From: Macrostomum lignano
Taxonomy: Eukaryota
Assembly: GCA_002269645.1 (NCBI GenBank)
Contig: NIVC01002315.1
Coordinates: 62,001-126,000, forward strand
Length of the DNA: 64,000 nt
Direction of reading: 5' to 3'
Positions 60,243 to 64,000 of this stretch are shown here, piece by piece. Below the pieces are notes generated by a model that worked only from the letters and a program-made list of their open reading frames with translations, made no database searches and was not told the DNA's origin. Each line of letters begins with the position of its first letter. Within the stretch, counting starts at the first letter, position 1. The translations under genes were made by a program, and so were the position numbers.

Positions 60243-61128
60243 ATTGGATAGTCCAGCAGCACTTTGGAAGTCCTTGGCGATGTAGAAGCTTTAATATGGA
60301 TTTTGAATCCATTGGACAGTCCAGCAGCACTTTAGAAGTCCTTGGTGATGTAGAAGCTTTAATATGGACCTTGAATCCATTGGATAGTCCAGCAGCACTT
60401 TGGAAGTCCTTGGCGATGTAGAAGCTTTAATATGGATTTTGAATCCATTGGACAGTCCAGCAGCACTTTGGAAGTCCTTGGCGATGTAGAAGGTCTAGTA
60501 ATGCCACCTTATTTACCTTGGATCCGTTGGACAGTCCAGCAGCACTTTGGAAGTCCTTGGCGATGTAGAAGCTTTAATATGGATTTTGAATCCATTGGAC
60601 AGTCCAGCAGCACTTTGGAAGTCCTTGGCGATGTAGAAGGTCTAGTAATGCCACCTTATTTACCTTGGATCCGTTGGACAGTCCAGCAGCACTTTGGAAG
60701 TCCTTGGCGATGTAGAAGCTGACTTATCTACCTTGAATCCATTGGATAGTCCAGCAGCACTTTGGAAGTCCTTGGCGATGTAGAAGCTTTAATATGGATC
60801 TTGAATCCATTGGACAGTCCAGCAGCAGTTTGGAAGTCCTTGGCGATGTAGAAGCTTTAATATGGATCTTGAATCCATTGGATAGTCCAGCAGCACTTTG
60901 GAAGTCCTTGGCGATGTAGAAGCTGACTTATCTACCTTGAATCCATTGGATAGTCCAGCAGCACTTTAGAAGTCCTTGGCGATGTAGAAGCTTTAATATG
61001 GATTTTGAATCCATTGGACAGTCCAGCAGCACTTTGGAAGTCCTTGGCGTTGTAGAAGCTTTAATATGGATCTTGAATCCATTGGATAGTCCAGCAGCAC
61101 TTTGGAAGTCCTTGGCGATGTAGAAGCT
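60243..61128. repeat. Modular minisatellite, about 68-bp unit (constant core of about 45 bp plus three alternative linkers)
   Basis: The core TTGGA(T/C)AGTCCAGCAGCACTTTGGAAGTCCTTGGCGATGTAGAAG repeats about 13 times. Confidence 0.92.
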
Positions 61129-62072
61129 TCAGTAATGCAGTTCGAATCCGATCGGTAGTTATTCGTAAGATGTCCATGGCAATCCAGTTTTAGCAAGTTT
61201 ATTAGGCCGCAGTTTTGGTCAGCAACGAGCAGCTGGAATTCGATCGAATTGCTAATCCGCGGCTTCCCGGCCAAGCTGGATTCGAAAATCCCGCGTCCGG
61301 TGCTGAAGAGTACAAATCCGCGATCTAAGGTCTATACACGACCCCCCCTGTTTTTGTTGTTTTCCTCACTGCTCGCTCTGCCTCGAATGTCGAATGTTGT
61401 TCGACATCGCCAGCTGCGAGGCAAGCGCCGCGGGTTTTCAATTCGAATATTCATCCCCCTCCTGAGCCCCGCTGAGGGGGGGGAGCGCTTGAAAATCGAA
61501 AGGAAGACTAGAGAGAAAAAATGAGGTAAAATCAACAGAAGCCGCCCGCCAGCGTTTCAATTAGGACCTCCGGAGAGACGGGAGGAAAGGCGGTCGTGTG
61601 GGGAATAAATGAGCTCATGGGGATTCCTCATCTACCTTTGTCCTGATTCATTAGACAAATTAGTTCAAAAAATATCAAAGACTAATAACTGCTGCCGTAC
61701 CTTGAAACGCTGGCGGTTAAAAAATTGTCTGTAGACTGCATTCTGTAGATCAAGGACAGAAGAAACCCTGAGGGGCTCTTGTCGCATCGCATGTATTTCT
61801 ATCACGCGACTGCCGACCTTGCTTCAAATCAGAATTGCCGCCCTTGTTATCAAGAGCTTAAATAAGTCTTCCTTTCAATTTTTCTCAAACTTCGGCTCCT
61901 ACTAATTTCCATCCTTTGTTTAATTGCAAACAAGGGTCAGGGCGGTAAATTAATAGGTCGACGCCTTCGACGGGTGCAGAGTCAGTCGATTTGGGACTTT
62001 TCGCTCGACTGCTGATTTTATTCGATTATAATTTGCTTCTGTTGCTTTCGCATCTCTCGGTTTTGTTGCTCT

Positions 62073-62810
62073 GAAGCTTGACAGCTTGGAAGCTTGACAG
62101 CTTGGAAGCTTGACAGCTTGGAAGCTTGACAGCTTGGAAGCTTGACAGCTTGGAAGCTTGACAGCTTGGAAGCTTGACAGCTTGGAAGCTTGGAAGCTTG
62201 ACAGCTTGGAAGCTTGGAAGCTTGACAGCTTGGAAGCTTGACAGCTTGGAAGCTTGACAGCTTGGAAGCTTGACAGCTTGGAAGCTTGACAGCTTGGAAG
62301 CTTGACAGCTTGGAAGCTTGACAGCTTGGAAGCTTGACAGCTTGGAAGCTTGACAGCTTGGAAGCTTGACAGCTTGGAAGCTTGACAGCTTGGAAGCTTG
62401 ACAGCTTGGAAGCTTGACAGCTTGGAAGCTTGACAGCTTGGAAGCTTGACAGCTTGGAAGCTTGACAGCTTGGAAGCTTGACAGCTTGGAAGCTTGACAG
62501 CTTGGAAGCTTGACAGCTTGGAAGCTTGACAGCTTGGAAGCTTGACAGCTTGGAAGCTTGACAGCTTGGAAGCTTGACAGCTTGGAAACTTGACAGCTTG
62601 GAAACTTGACAGCTTGGAAGCTTGACAGCTTGGAAGCTTGACAGCTTGGAAGCTTGACAGCTTGGAAGCTTGACAGCTTGGAAGCTTGACAGCTTGGAAG
62701 CTTGACAGCTTGGAAGCTTGACAGCTTGGAAGCTTGACAGCTTGGAAACTTGACAGCTTGGAAACTTGACAGCTTGGAAACTTGACAGCTTGGAAGCTTG
62801 ACAGCTTGCA
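62073..62810. repeat. Minisatellite, 16-bp unit CTTGGAAGCTTGACAG
   Basis: Read directly from the sequence. Confidence 0.95.
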
Positions 62811-62854
62811 ACTTCGAGAATCTAGAATCCCGAAAACATGATCCATTAAGATTC

Positions 62855-62866
62855 TGTTTGTCTGCC

Positions 62867-62930
<64 letters not shown>

Positions 62931-62931
62931 A

Positions 62932-62966
<35 letters not shown>

Positions 62967-62967
62967 A
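62855..62967. repeat. (TCTG)n microsatellite
   Basis: Read directly from the sequence. Confidence 0.9.
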
Positions 62968-63070
62968 GTGGGGCCCGCATGTACGCCTGCATGTGCTCAA
63001 GAGTCAGCAGAATGGTCAGGATTGCCTCACAGCGCTGGCCGTGGGACGATTTCATCGAAGGCATTTCGCC

Positions 63071-63108
63071 ATGATGCTCGCAGCCTCACCTCAAATTCAT
63101 TCAAGCCC
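63071..63108 (+). CDS. Possible short first coding exon of the GPCR (MMLAASPQIHSS)
   Basis: ATG at 63071. The phase-2 donor CC|GTACTT is compatible with the acceptor at 63169 (61-nt intron), but the donor is weak. Confidence 0.35.
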
Positions 63109-63169
63109 GTACTTGTTATACATTACTCCCCAGTCCCCATAGCAACCAATATATCTCTTCTCGTCGCAG

Positions 63170-63632
63170 TCTCTCGGGCAAAGCCGGCCTCGAAGCCATC
63201 CTGCCGGCCTTCGTGGGCCTGGAGATGACCCTGGCCGGCCTGATCGCGCTGTTTGGCATCGCCGGCAACATCCTCACCATCCTGGTGCTGCGGGTGCCCA
63301 ACCTGAGGAAGACCAGCACAGCATTCTACTTTGCCGCTTTGGCCTCCGTTGACATCCTGGTGCTGCTGATCGGCCCGACAGTCAAGGCGGTGTCGGCGGC
63401 AATATTCGAGTCCAACAGGCACATCCGGGACATCGGCACTGTCGCCTGCAAGCTGGTTCTCTACCTCAACTACTCGTCATCGCAGATCAGCGCCTGGGTG
63501 CTCGTGGCCGTCACCATCGACCGCGCCATCTGGGTGCTGCTGCCGTTCCAGGCCCGCCAGCTCTGCACCGTCAAGCGGGCCGCTATTGTGGTGGCCGCCA
63601 TCTGCTTTCTGATCTGCTGTATCAACTCGCAG
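63170..63632 (+). CDS. Class A (rhodopsin-like) GPCR exon, TM1-TM4; the gene continues beyond the window
   Basis: Hand translation: ...LIALFGIAGNILTILVL...TSTAFYFAALASVDILVLL...ACKLVLYLNYSSSQISAWVLVAVTIDRAIWV...CTVKRAAIVVAAICFLICCINSQ. It shows TM1 GN, TM2 LAxxD, the TM3 Cys and a DRA motif. Acceptor TCGTCGCAG, donor CAG|GTAGCT. Confidence 0.9.
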
Positions 63633-63654
63633 GTAGCTATTGGCTTGAGTGCCC

Positions 63655-64000
63655 ACCTGCTTATCTGTGCCACACCTTATCTATGCCACACCTCCTTATC
63701 TGTGCCACACCTCCTTATCTGTGCCACACCTTATCTGTGCCACACCTTATCTGTGCCACACCTTATCTGTGCCACACCTTATCTGTGCCACACCTTATCT
63801 GTGCCACACCTTATCTGTGCCACACCTTATCTGTGCCACACCTTATCTGTGCCACACCTTATCTGTGCTACACCTTATCTGTGCCACACCTCCTTATCTG
63901 TGCCACACCTTATCTGTGCCACACCTTATCTGTGCCACACCTTATCTGTGCCACACCTTATCTGTGCCACACCTTATCTGTGCCACACCTTATCTGTGCC
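63655..64000. repeat. Intronic minisatellite, 16-bp unit CCACACCTTATCTGTG
   Basis: Read directly; runs off the window end. Confidence 0.95.

Noticed and set aside
60243-61128. CRISPR array
   Set aside because: Only three recurring linker types, a repeat that is too long, and no cas genes.
61950-62846. 298-aa and 261-aa QAVKLPSC ORFs
   Set aside because: Translation of the 16-bp AAGCTT-containing repeat.
63116-63673. Minus-strand ORFs over the GPCR exon
   Set aside because: Antisense shadows; the plus frame carries the GPCR motifs.

Overview
Eukaryotic (metazoan) genomic DNA with GC-rich spliced exons in AT-rich, tandem-repeat-rich introns and intergenic DNA. A lophotrochozoan, probably a free-living flatworm such as Macrostomum, is my best guess (inference, not verified). 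Genes rebuilt by hand from splice sites and reading frames: an orphan single-pass membrane protein gene (+, partial), synaptogyrin (-, 4 exons, 243 aa), PPIL6 (+, 2 exons, 307 aa), an innexin (-, 2 exons, 462 aa), an intronless Ig-domain membrane protein (-, 267 aa), an A20/AN1 zinc-finger gene of the ZFAND5/6 type (+, 4 exons, 199 aa), and the 5' part of a class A GPCR (+) that the ORF track misses. Mobile DNA: an apparently intact TTAA-flanked piggyBac (2302-4690), three copies of a hAT-type MITE, two tRNA-derived SINE families, a LINE 3' remnant, a nested foldback palindrome and a possible LTR-like cassette. About 25 micro- and minisatellite arrays produce most of the long ORFs in the track, which are artefacts. 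I found no CRISPR array, rRNA, true tRNA gene or clearly new multi-gene system. The best leads are the possibly active piggyBac, minisatellites that repeatedly start right next to exon boundaries, a MITE whose purine core has grown into a minisatellite, and splice acceptors just upstream of several start codons (possible SL trans-splicing).
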